Shown here piece after piece: positions 37,180 through 48,600 of a stretch of 64,000 bases of DNA. The stretch's first letter is position 1. Every line of letters begins with the position of its first letter. The stretch is from a virus. Taxonomy: Duplodnaviria; Caudoviricetes. Under the pieces are notes generated by a model. The model ran no database searches, was not told where the DNA came from, and saw only the letters and a list, made by a program, of their open reading frames with translations. The stretch is taken from the IMG/VR virus record IMGVR_UViG_3300031867_000034, positions 15,798 through 79,797 of that record. One strand, given 5' to 3'. Position numbers and translations under genes: made by a program.

Positions 37180-39297
37180 ATGATTAGTGCCGGAAGAGTT
37201 TTACTTATGCCAAAAGGCGATTATGATCCTACCACTACTTATGAAATGCTTGATATTGTTTCATATAACGGAAGTTCATATATCGCAAAAAGCACAACAA
37301 TAGGTAACTTGCCAACGAACACAACATATTGGCAGTTATCAGCATATGGGGGACAGGCCGCCAATCTTGCTGGAAACTTTGCACCACTTGAAACAACAGA
37401 GTATGCGTCAAGGGCATATGCGATTGATGATATCTTTGTTGACAAGGATAGCCAGTTAGTAATTGCGACAACGACAATTAATATTGGTGACGAAATAGAG
37501 ATTGGCTCTAATTGTGATGCAACAACCATGGCTGAACTTTTAGATGCCATTGAAAATCGCTATGATGCGTTAGATCAGAGGAATAGAAAGTTAGTCGGAA
37601 TTAACCCTATTACTATACAGACAGACCTTCATCTACTTGCTCCTGGTGAATATTTCAAGAAACTCACAAACTTTTATGTAACCAATGCTCCTACTGGAAT
37701 AAATCAGGTTCCTGCCGCAATATTTAGACTGACAGTTGAAAGCGGCCTTGACGAAAGCGGTTCCTCGCTGCTTCTTACCTTAAGGACAATAGAGGGTGAA
37801 ATCTATACACAGGCTTATGATGGTTCAGTATGGAGTGATTGGAGAAAGGCCGGTGACGTTGATAGTTCCGATCTTGGAACCGCCGCAGCAAAGGATAGTA
37901 CCAATGAAGTAACAAGCGATAGCACAGACCTTGTAGAGTCAGGTGCAGTTTATACGGAAATTCAGACTTTAACGAACCAAGTTAAAGATATGAATAATGT
38001 GCTTGGAGCGAAGAACATCTTACCGGATAACTATAAAACACAAACATTAGGAAACACTGTTGAAATAACTGCATTAGGTGAAGGAGCTTTTAAAGTTAAT
38101 GGAACAGCTAATGCCACTGGGAATTATCAAGTGTTACCTGCTTGGAACTATTCAACAAATGCTTTTAAAAAGTATGTGGGAAAAGAAGTTATTCTATCCG
38201 CAACTAATAGTGATATTGTGCCAGTAGGAGTATTCCTTGTTGATAGTAATAATTCAACACTTGTTAATCTAAATACGTGGGGAAATGAGAAGAAAACTGT
38301 TCTTGATGGAAGTGTAAAATATAGTGTTTATATACAGCTTACAAGCGGTACAACATATGACAATGTTATCGTTAGGCCTATGATCCGCCTTGCATCAATA
38401 CAGGATGATACCTATGTTCCATACTCTATGACAAACCAAGAAATAACACCTTATGTGCAGGCTATATCAAATCCTAACCTCTTAGATAATCCTTGGTTTA
38501 CTGTGAATCAGAGGGGAGAGAGTAGTTATACACAAGAGACATCTTATGCTTATACTGTAGATAGATGGCAAATGTACAACATGGCATTAAGTGTCTTGAG
38601 TGATGGAATAACATTGACACCGAACGCCTCAACACTTTGTGTTTTTTCTCAGTCTATTGAAAATTTTGATGAATTAATAGGAAAAACAGTGACCATTTCA
38701 GCTGTAATTAATGGTCAACTATACTCAGCAACCGGAATTTTTCCATCTAAGCCATCATCTGGTGAGAATAAAATTAGCGTTTCTTTTGGATTAAATAGAT
38801 TACAATTAACGTTTAATGCTTCAAACAGTTATCCAAAATTTGAAATAGTAACTTACGATACAACAGCAATTTCTATCAAAGCCGTCAAACTTGAATTAGG
38901 CTCAGTATCAACTCTTGCAATGGACACAGCACCAAACTATGCAACAGAGTTGTTGAAATGTCAGAGGTATTTTAACGCTATAAAAACAAGTAGTAGCCAA
39001 AATGATTGGTTTGCAATAGGATTAGCAGTTAGTGGTTCTGCTGACTTTGTCTTGAACGTACCTCCAATGAGGACAGTACCTACAGTGACTTATAATAATT
39101 TGTCTGTTTCAGATGGAAGAGTTCCAGTAAAAGCAATAACTGCTGTTAGAACAATTCATGCTGACATCAATAATCAAGCAATACATTTTCCTGTAAATTA
39201 TGACAATAGTTCGCCTTATTCTGAAAGTACATTACCAGTAGGATTACGGGGTGAAGCTGGCGGTAATTCATATATATATCTATCAGCAGACCTATAA
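37180..39297 (+). CDS. Tail fibre / receptor-binding protein
   Basis: KGDYDPTTTYEMLDIVSYNGSSY N-terminus. NPNLLDNPWFTVNQRG…YTVDRW and ELLKCQRYF C-terminal modules. Confidence 0.7.
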   Translation: MISAGRVLLMPKGDYDPTTTYEMLDIVSYNGSSYIAKSTTIGNLPTNTTYWQLSAYGGQAANLAGNFAPLETTEYASRAYAIDDIFVDKDSQLVIATTTINIGDEIEIGSNCDATTMAELLDAIENRYDALDQRNRKLVGINPITIQTDLHLLAPGEYFKKLTNFYVTNAPTGINQVPAAIFRLTVESGLDESGSSLLLTLRTIEGEIYTQAYDGSVWSDWRKAGDVDSSDLGTAAAKDSTNEVTSDSTDLVESGAVYTEIQTLTNQVKDMNNVLGAKNILPDNYKTQTLGNTVEITALGEGAFKVNGTANATGNYQVLPAWNYSTNAFKKYVGKEVILSATNSDIVPVGVFLVDSNNSTLVNLNTWGNEKKTVLDGSVKYSVYIQLTSGTTYDNVIVRPMIRLASIQDDTYVPYSMTNQEITPYVQAISNPNLLDNPWFTVNQRGESSYTQETSYAYTVDRWQMYNMALSVLSDGITLTPNASTLCVFSQSIENFDELIGKTVTISAVINGQLYSATGIFPSKPSSGENKISVSFGLNRLQLTFNASNSYPKFEIVTYDTTAISIKAVKLELGSVSTLAMDTAPNYATELLKCQRYFNAIKTSSSQNDWFAIGLAVSGSADFVLNVPPMRTVPTVTYNNLSVSDGRVPVKAITAVRTIHADINNQAIHFPVNYDNSSPYSESTLPVGLRGEAGGNSYIYLSADL

Positions 39298-39314
39298 GAA
39301 AGGAGTTCTATATT

Positions 39315-39602
39315 ATGGAAGAAATCTTACAAGAAATAGAAGAACCTAAGTCAAGAGTATTTATACTCACAGACGATAACAACAGAATAACAAGGATTGA
39401 GGGAGAATACACACTCCCTCAAGACCTTACAAATTGGATTCAGATAGATGAGGGCTATGGCGATAAGTACAACCTAGCACAGACTCACTACCTCGAAAAA
39501 GGCTTAACAACAGATGATGGCATTTATCAGTATAAGTACGAAAACGAAGAAGTTGCAGAGCGTACAGAGGAAGAAATTGATGCTGATAGAAAAAGCAGGT
39601 AG
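39315..39602 (+). CDS. Tail fibre assembly/chaperone-like protein
   Basis: Small acidic ORF directly after the fibre gene. Confidence 0.5.
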   Translation: MEEILQEIEEPKSRVFILTDDNNRITRIEGEYTLPQDLTNWIQIDEGYGDKYNLAQTHYLEKGLTTDDGIYQYKYENEEVAERTEEEIDADRKSR

Positions 39603-39656
39603 CACAGTTCGTTATCAAAGAAGTAATCACAACAGAGGAATACAAGGAGATTACAG

Positions 39657-40160
39657 GTGAGGATTACGAATAAGACAGCTAAGTGGATTATTATAATTTA
39701 TACAATCATAGTATCTGTGATTATCTTTTCTTTGCCTGTCGAAGCAACAGAGTTTCCTGAGTTGTCACAAGAGGCAAAAGAGAAATATATCACTAACCTC
39801 ACAAATTGCATATCAAAAGAGCTTGAATTACAGACCACTCCTAAACTTTATTTTTACAGTTGTGAAGAGTGGCCTGTGATAGCCAGCTACTATGACGGAC
39901 TAGATTACATTTATGTGAATATTGGTGCTATAACTTCTTATGAAGAGGCAGTAAAAACAATTGCGCATGAAATTCGCCATGATTACCAATATGAACACAT
40001 GAATGATGATACAGACTATGGAAGAGCTGTAAAAGCAAATAAGCAAAATTATGTGTCCTACTATAATGATTTAGAGGCATATAACAATCAGTTCATAGAA
40101 CAGGATGCAAAAGACTATGCTGACGGCTACACAAAGAAATATTTTAACTTAGTTCGTTAA
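39657..40160 (+). CDS. Membrane-anchored HExxH metallopeptidase-like protein
   Basis: N-terminal TM. TIAHEIRHDYQ…EQDA motif. Confidence 0.6.
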   Translation: MRITNKTAKWIIIIYTIIVSVIIFSLPVEATEFPELSQEAKEKYITNLTNCISKELELQTTPKLYFYSCEEWPVIASYYDGLDYIYVNIGAITSYEEAVKTIAHEIRHDYQYEHMNDDTDYGRAVKANKQNYVSYYNDLEAYNNQFIEQDAKDYADGYTKKYFNLVR

Positions 40161-40245
40161 AGGTTACATTTTTTTACGAAGCAAATCAATTCATTTTTGG
40201 GGGCTATCATTCAAAGTGGTAGCTCCTTTTTATTGGAGGCGTAGC

Positions 40246-40683
40246 ATGAAAAACGGTCAAGTATTATCTATGGTTCTTGGAGTATTGGGAGCATTCTTTA
40301 CAACATTATTTGGGGGTTGGGACACTGGGTTGGCTACACTAATAATATTTATGGCAATAGACTACATTACCGGATTGATCGTAGCTGGTGTATTTAAACA
40401 GAGTAGAAAATCAGAATCAGGAGCACTTGAAAGTAAAGCCGGTTGGAAAGGGTTATGCAGAAAATGTGTAACTCTTTTATTTGTTCTGATTGCATATCGG
40501 TTGGATCTTCTTATTGGTACAGCATATATACGTGATGCAGTTATCATAGCTTTTTGTGCTAATGAGCTGATATCTATTGTTGAGAATGCTGGTCTTATGG
40601 GTATTCCGTTACCGGCAGTTATTACAAAGGCAATTGAAGTGCTAAGGAGTAAGGCTGATTTTGAGGATGAAGCACATGAATGA
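40246..40683 (+). CDS. Holin (Phage_holin_4_1/TcdE-like)
   Basis: FGGWD…MAIDYITG…S..GWKGL.RK…NELISIVENAGLMGIPLP. Confidence 0.85.
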   Translation: MKNGQVLSMVLGVLGAFFTTLFGGWDTGLATLIIFMAIDYITGLIVAGVFKQSRKSESGALESKAGWKGLCRKCVTLLFVLIAYRLDLLIGTAYIRDAVIIAFCANELISIVENAGLMGIPLPAVITKAIEVLRSKADFEDEAHE

Positions 40684-41467
40684 AGTACAAGGAATTGATG
40701 TTAGTCATCATAATGGAGTTATTGATTGGAAAAAAGTAGCTGCAAGTGGTAAGAAATTCGCTGTTTTGAAATGCCAGTATGAAGCACAGAGTCATAGAAA
40801 AGATGATTGTTTTGAAACAAACTATAAAGGTTGCGAAGAAAATGGAATTGCCAGAGGTGTATATATTTATATTGCTAGGACTTCTATGGCTGATCCTGTT
40901 CAGGATGCTAAATCTCTTTTGGCACACCTTAATGGTCGCAAGCTTGAATATGGTATATGGCTTGACTTGGAAGATAAAACAGTGGATGTAAAAGGTAAAG
41001 CATACATAAGGGATCTTGCTTATCAGTATACAGATATCTTTATTAAAGCCGGATATTATGTTGGTATTTATTGTAATCGTGATTGGTACATAAGACTTAT
41101 CCATGATAATCTGAAACGTGATTTTGATTTTTGGATAGCAAGATATCCAAAACATGATAAGGGTGTTTACAATGAGCATTCAACCTTGAAGCCCAGTGTG
41201 AATATGGCTGTTGCTTGGCAGTATTCAAGCAAAGGTTCCGTTCCTGGAATAAAAGGAAATGTAGACCTTGATGTAGATTATGATGGTATTGTAAGTCTTA
41301 TGGCTTCTACGCCAATAAGAAAAACTAATGAAGAAATAGCAAAAGAAGTCATAGAAGGTAAGTGGGGAACAGGATTTACTAACCCTACAAGAAAAGAACT
41401 ACTGACAAGGGCCGGATATGATTACAACGTAATACAAAAAATAGTTAATAATATGTTGATTAAATAA
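40676..41467 (+). CDS. Endolysin: GH25 muramidase plus CW_7 repeat
   Basis: GIDVSHHNG.IDW, WLDLED, WQYSSKG.V.GI.GNVDLD. C-terminal EEIAKEVIEGKWG. Confidence 0.88.
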   Translation: MNEVQGIDVSHHNGVIDWKKVAASGKKFAVLKCQYEAQSHRKDDCFETNYKGCEENGIARGVYIYIARTSMADPVQDAKSLLAHLNGRKLEYGIWLDLEDKTVDVKGKAYIRDLAYQYTDIFIKAGYYVGIYCNRDWYIRLIHDNLKRDFDFWIARYPKHDKGVYNEHSTLKPSVNMAVAWQYSSKGSVPGIKGNVDLDVDYDGIVSLMASTPIRKTNEEIAKEVIEGKWGTGFTNPTRKELLTRAGYDYNVIQKIVNNMLIK

Positions 41468-41481
41468 AGGAGGATATAAAC

Positions 41482-42585
41482 ATGGCTTTAGGAACAGCGT
41501 ATATGACCGCAGATGGTGGAGGTAGTTCTAGTAAAAAGAAATTTGATATTGATGTATCAGGGATTAGAAACACTTTAACAAACCCTTCAAAGAGACTTCA
41601 ACTTCAGACTCAGATGGATCTTCAGGGCTTTAATGGTGGATCTGGAAGTTACCCAGGGGCAAGTGGTTCAAGTTTATCTGGTTCAAGTGGTCGCTCTGGT
41701 GGTTCAGGTGGTTCAAGTTCAGGTGGTTCAGATTCTTATTCTGCTGAGTCTTATTCTGCGCCGGCTTTTGATTGGGCTGCTTATTATGCGGAGCTTCAGA
41801 GACAGGCACAGGAAAGAGCTAATGCAGCATATGAGCGTAATATGGAAAGAATAGCAAGTGCTTATAATTCTGCTTATGGTAGCCTTTCAGGAAATTATGA
41901 TTCTACTGTTAATAGATTGAATGCTGCAAGAGATAAATCTATGAGTGATGTTAACGCAGATGCAGAAAACTCACTCAGAGAAGCATATATCAACAATATG
42001 CTTTCAAAGAAAAACCTTAATCAGAGACTTTCTGCTATGGGTTATAATGGCGGTGCTACAGAGTCTACAATGGCTAGTCTTAATAATAACTATGGCAATT
42101 CAAGAACAGGCATAAATCAGACACTTAATGATAATATTGCTAACCTTGATGCTACATATGGTGATAATCTTGCTTCAGCACTTCAGAGCTTCAATTCTGC
42201 TAAGGCTAATCTTGATCTTCAGAGAATGCAACTTGAAATGCAAGCTGAAAATGCTAGACAGAACGCAGAAGCAAGCTCAATGTCAGGTGCTATGAGTATT
42301 GATGGTTCTTATATGTCAGCGCTTCAGGCGGCACTTGCTAATCAGAGCAATTATACATACAACCAGTCACAGGCAACTAATGACTTCGTTGCTGGACAGG
42401 CTCAACAGGCCGCTAGTGCTTCAGAAGGTGCAAATTACTCTAAGTACTTAGCACAGGCACAGTTACAGGCTTCACAGGGAGCTAATGCAAATACAATTAG
42501 AAACACCTTGTTTAATGCGGTTTCTAATGGTGATCTTGATATCAATTCTCTTTATAACATTCTTGCACAGTTAAGGGCAGCTTAA
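41482..42585 (+). CDS. Probable ejection (internal virion) protein
   Basis: Gly/Ser linker plus long Ala/Gln/Asn helical region. Precedes the giant ORF. Confidence 0.55.
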   Translation: MALGTAYMTADGGGSSSKKKFDIDVSGIRNTLTNPSKRLQLQTQMDLQGFNGGSGSYPGASGSSLSGSSGRSGGSGGSSSGGSDSYSAESYSAPAFDWAAYYAELQRQAQERANAAYERNMERIASAYNSAYGSLSGNYDSTVNRLNAARDKSMSDVNADAENSLREAYINNMLSKKNLNQRLSAMGYNGGATESTMASLNNNYGNSRTGINQTLNDNIANLDATYGDNLASALQSFNSAKANLDLQRMQLEMQAENARQNAEASSMSGAMSIDGSYMSALQAALANQSNYTYNQSQATNDFVAGQAQQAASASEGANYSKYLAQAQLQASQGANANTIRNTLFNAVSNGDLDINSLYNILAQLRAA

Positions 42586-42616
42586 TAGCTGTCCTTTTCT
42601 ATTGGGAGGCTTATAG

Positions 42617-45600
42617 ATGGCTAAACAGTCAATGAAACAGCAGATATATCAATCAATAGCAAATAGTCAGGTACAAAAGGTAATGTCTCAGAAAAGAGAT
42701 CAGGAGATTGCACAGTTACAAGCTGATTATGATGCTTGGGCTAAACAGCAAGCAGAAATACAGCAGTTACAGGCAGATTATGACGCATGGTTAAAAGAGA
42801 ATAATCCTCAGCCTGTTCAGACTCAGCCAGTACAACAGGCTACTGTTAATGAGATTAAACAGCAGATACCTTCTATTGCTGATTATGATAAGACAGCAGA
42901 TAATTTGCAGTACAGACAGGCCAAGAGGAATATCGCATTAAGAGATAAGCAGCGTGAGGACTACCAGCGTCAGCAGCAGATGGAACAGGAACTTGCTGAT
43001 CCAAGATATGCTGAAAAAGAAAAGAAAAAGACAGAATTTAAGCAACTATCTAATCTTGCAGATTATCAGGCTGCTATGGATGCTCAGAAAAAGCAGACTC
43101 AAAACAACTATGATGATTTAGTGTCTACTGTTCAGAATATGGAAAAAGCTGATAAGTGGCTTGATCCGTCCTATAAGTTGTCTAAGGAAGAGGAAAAGGA
43201 AGCTAAGAAGGTTGCTGAGACTGAGCTTGCAAAACTGAAGGGCAGAAGTCTTACAGATGAAGAAAAGGCAAGAAAGCAGACTTTTGAGGACCTTAAGACC
43301 AAGACAAGCAATTTTAGATCTTTTGCTGTTGGTGCTGCTGATAAGGCATTGGATTACGGAAAGTTTATTTTACAGGGTGTGGCTGATACTCAGTCAAGAC
43401 AATTAGCGGCTCAGAATGAAACGGCTCAGGCTATGGGTGTTAATACTGGTTTAACTAATGAAGAGTTAAGCGGTATTGATGAAGAGACAAAAGAAAACAT
43501 TCAGAGGCTAAATGATAGTACTGCTGATATTGTCCAGAATGTTAAGACTCAAAGTCCTAGAGCATATGGTCGCGGTCAAATGTCTACACAGCTTGCAGCA
43601 TACATGCTTACTAATCCGGCTTTTGATTCTTTGGGTACTGCTGTAAATGCTGGTAGAATAGGTTCTTTTGCTGCTAATCAGGTCGGACAAAATGCTCAGG
43701 ATCTTGTACTAGAAGAATTACCAATGCTTCAAAAGGCTATGAATGATGGTGATATATCTGAGGAAGAGAGAAATGAGATTTTAAAGACCGCCGGCTATAA
43801 TGCTGTTGGTAATCTTATTCCTGGTATTGCTATGGAAGGTGTTAATAGTGTTATTGCTAAAAGGGCGGCTGATGCTGCGTCCAATGAAGCATTCAGGCAG
43901 AATGTAAAGCAAGGCGCTGATTATCTTGAATACATCAATAAGAATGGTATCACTGGCCTTGAACCAAAGGCTAATGAAATTCCACAGATAGATCCTACCA
44001 CTGCAGCTAATAATGATTTTACTAGGCTGATGAATGAATACAACAATACATTCAAGGATGATTCTGCCATGAGAAATATTTATAGCGAAGAGGATCTTGA
44101 TGGTAGTCTTAACAAGCAACTTTCTGAGGCATTAGCAGATAATTCAAAGGCTTCTGTAAAAAAACCACAAATTGATAATATCAATGCTGCGCTTGATAAG
44201 GTGAATGCTGGAAGAACTACATATATTAAAGATTTTTATGAAGGCCCTAAACCAGTTTCTTTAGGTAATTCAGAACGTATAGAAATAGCTCCTGATACAT
44301 ATAACAGGGCATTGGATATTTACAATAAGGCAAAACAGGATGGCTCCTTTGGTCCTAGGCTCAGGCAGTATGTAAAACAGTTATATGAATCAAAGTATAA
44401 AGATCCGAAATATGGGCGAGTTATTTTAAATAACGTTTCTTTTAATGATGGTGATTATGTTGTTGAAATTGGTCACAGAGCTTTAAAAGAAGCTATTGAT
44501 AAAGGACATTTATCACCAGAGAAAATTGCTACACTTGAAAAACTGGATGATCTTCTAGCAGATAGTGAGTTCATTGATAGCGGTTTACCCAAATATCATG
44601 GAACAACTAATAAGTCACAACTTGTAAGATATGATTATTTTGAAACACCTATAACAATTAATGGAAAGAATTATATAGTTGGATTTGATGTAGAAGTAAA
44701 TAAAGGTGGTAATAGATATAAAACACATAAGGTAGTAAATGAAATAAACCTCATCCCTACTGAGGGACAAGGTTTAACTTCAAATATTACTGAGACCACC
44801 GCATCCAAGGGATTAACGGATGGAATTGGGGTAACACCCGATCGCATAACGGGGATCCCTACTCAGCAGTTAGAAAGATCTCTTTCTAACTCAAACATAG
44901 CAGATGCTATCTCAGAAGTCAATAAAAAATCTGTAAAGAATATTGACATGCCACAAGATGCTCAGGAAAAGATATTATCTGACTTTGAGCAGATTTATAA
45001 CAGCATGGATGATATGAATGCTGCGGCTGAAGCTTCCGGAAACGCTAAGGCAATTGAGAAGTTTGAAAAACTGCAGCAGTCAGTATTTGAGTATGAGGAC
45101 TCTGTCTGGAAGTCTGAAAGTCTGGATGATGTTAATAAAGCTAAGAAAAAAGCGGATGCAGCTAGACAGGCTTTTGTACGTGAAATGCAGAAGACAGATC
45201 CTAACTATAGGGCTAGTCTTACCGGCACTAAGCTTGGCAATGCTGAGTTTAGACGTACTTCAACAGCACCAACAGATAGCGCATTGTTGGATGAAATTGT
45301 TGATGATATGGTTAAACAGGATATGGATAATCCTAATCGTTTTGTTAAAGATGCAAACAAAACCGATATTCCTGTTAATGCTCCTGTTAGCGGTAATGGT
45401 GAACTTGAAATACACACTATACATGGTAGAAATGGTAGAGAGATTTACCAAGTTGTATCAAGGGAAGGAGATTTACTAACTCCGGTTGAGCCTGGAAAGA
45501 CTTTCAACACAAGGGAAGAAGCAGAGAAAGCTATAGATCAGTACAGAACAATGGCTGAGTCTATAAGCAAACCTAAGAGCGACATTATCACATCTGAGCC

Positions 45601-48600
45601 TATCGAGCCAGGAAAGTATGAGATACCAGATACACCGGAGAACGCGCCTAAAGATGTTCCTCCTGTTGATGGTATGAAAGAACGCGGAACATCTAAACAT
45701 ATCCGTAATGATGGCACTCCAATGAGGATGGAAGGCGTATCGGACGAAGTAGTATCAGACTTTAAAGACAATCCAGATATGTATAAGGCGCTTAAAAACT
45801 CTGATACATTATCTAAGGCTGAGAAAATCTATAATGAGAGTTCAGATGCTTTAGTTGACTTTAGAGATATGGTTAGAAACCATGATCCCGCTGCCCTTCC
45901 ATTAGGACACCAACTTGCTAAAGATTATTCTGCTGCCGGAAATCACGAAGCTGCTGCTCAGATTTATAGAGAAATGGGAGAACAGCTTACAAAAGCCGGT
46001 CAATTCTCACAAGCGGCAGCAATTAATATGATGAAGAATGATCCTCTTACCGCAAGAGCCTATTTTGAACGCGAATTAGATGCGTTAAATAAAGCCGGCG
46101 CTGACAAGTATGGTAAGAAGTGGAAAGATTTTGTGTTAACAGATGAAGAGCGAGCATTATTTGACAAAATCGCTCCTGGCGATTCTGAAGCCATTAAAAA
46201 TGCAATAGATAAAATAGGCGTCAGAATTGAGAAAGAATATCCGGCTTCTGCATGGGAAAAGGTCCTTGAATTTAGAAGAGTAGCCATGTTATTTAACACT
46301 AGGACTATTGTTAGAAATACATTGGCTAACCCTCCTACAGCGGCACTGCGATATGTTTCTGATAGGATTGAAGCTCTAGGCCAATATGCAGCACACTTAA
46401 TCGATCCGGACTTTGAGGTTACACAAGCAATTCGCGGAAGTAACCTAGAAACAAGAAAACTTGCAAAGGAGGTATATAATTCCAGCAAAGTTAAATCTTT
46501 GTTAGAAGGCGGAACAGGACGTTTATCTGAGATTCCTTCAGTTGGTGATTATGCCAAGTCGAAGCAGATGTTTAAAGGCGGATTTGTTTCTGACTGGGTT
46601 AACAAAATGACTAATGGTGGCGTTGAAAAGCTTAACGCAAAACTCGGTAAGGAGAACGCAAAGTCTTTACTTGAACTAACTAGAAGTTCTGCTTATAAAG
46701 CCCTTGAAGTTACTGATAACCCAATGGTCCGTGAAAACTTTATATCAAGACTTGGAAGTTACATACGCGCAAAAGGAATAAAAAATGCCGCAGACGTTCC
46801 AGACGAAGCTATATTGATGGCTTACGAAGAAGCAATGAAAGCTACTTATAAAGATAATAGCTTTATGGTTCAGGCTATTCGTAATTTTAAAAGCGGCATA
46901 GAAAGAACTGGAAACCATATTATTCCTGGTTTGGGTGATATGGCAAGTCAGGCTTTGATTCCTTACGTTCAGGCACCGGGAAATATTGCTGCAAGAACAA
47001 TAGACTATAGCGGCATAGGTTTTGGTAAAGGTATCGCCAAGATTGTTAAAGGCGCTTCTGCAAATGATGTAAAGATGATATCTAAAGGCATTGAAGAAGC
47101 TTCTAAGGGAGCAACAGGATCGTTAATGGCAGCGCTTGGATATGCTCTTTATAAATCTGGTGTCATAACAGGTACTTATTCTAATGACAACGATCAAAAA
47201 GCCTTTGAGAAAAAGAATGGATTTAGAGAGTTTGCTTTTAGATATAAGGTAAATGGACAGACAAAATATGACACTATAGACTGGATGCAACCATTTGTTG
47301 ATACAATTATGCCTGGCGTTTTGTTAGCTCAAGCAATAGAAAATTCTGATAAGTACGATTCAGATATTCTAAGATATTTTGGATTTGAAGGAACAAAACT
47401 AGGCAAAGTAACAGGCGTGGCAAAAGAAGGAGTAAAGAAGAATGTCAATTACTTCTTTGATTCAACGCCGCTTAAAAACCTTGGAGAACTGTTTAAAGGC
47501 AATTATGGTAAAGAAACAGATTTAGCTGGTAATTTATGGGAAAATACAGTTGAAGATTTTGCAAGTGCATTAGTCCCAGCCGGAGTAAACGCCGTTACAA
47601 AGTCTGTTGATCCAATACAAAGGCAAACATACGACCCTAGCAATGCGTTTGGAACTTTTGTAAATGGTGTTGCTGCAAAGTTACCTAAAGTATCTGAGGC
47701 TTTGCCAGTTAAGTATGATACCTGGGGGCAGCCAATGACTTATGGCAATAGCAAGGGTGAGGCTGCTTTTGCAAAGATGTTATATCCTGGCGAACACACA
47801 AGTGATAAGGCAGATGAAACAGATAAAGAGCTTAATCGCTTGTTTGAAACAACAGGTAGCAACGCAGTATTCCCTCAAGTCGCCCCAAGTAAAGTAAATG
47901 GTGAGAAAATCAATAATAAAGAAGTCTCTCAGTATCAACAGGACGTAGGTGTTCGTAACAAATTACTGGTAGATGGTTTTATTAATTCCAGTTATTATGA
48001 TGCTTTAGAAGACACAGACAAGGCCGATAAAATCGCTAAATTATATGGTGTTTCAAAAGCTATTACGGAGCGCGATAAGTTTGGCAAGGAAGTGTCTGAA
48101 AATAGCGAATACAAAAAAGCTATTGAAGCATATGATGAAGCTGGTGGTGGAGAAAAGGGTGTAGATGCAGTAATTAACCATTATACAGCTAAAAAAATAA
48201 CAGATGATGCCGGTATAAATGCAAATTCAAAGGTTGCTGAACAGGTCCAAGATGCCGTTGCAAATGGAAATATGCAAGAAGCACAGAAAATAGCAAAGAA
48301 TGAAGGCCAAAAATTAGATATGTATGAGAAATATGGTCTTGATAACAATTCTACTTCTAAAAAGGTTTATGAAGACTATGGAGAAAGTGGATTGAAAGAT
48401 CTTTCAGCTATGAAATCAAAAGGCTTGGGAGCAACAGCAACTTATGTTTATGAAAGCGCCAAAAAAGAAGTGAGTTCTTCCGAATTACCATCTATTGAAA
48501 CTTTTGCTAGTACCTACAAAAAGATTGATAACTATGGTAATTCTAATGGCTCTGTAAATCAAAAAGAATTTCTTGCATATGCTAAGAAAAACAATCTTTC

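Noticed and set aside
37180-39297. Diversity-generating retroelement or invertible tail-fibre shufflon
   Set aside because: No reverse transcriptase, no TR/VR pair differing at adenines, and no invertase or inverted fibre cassettes seen.
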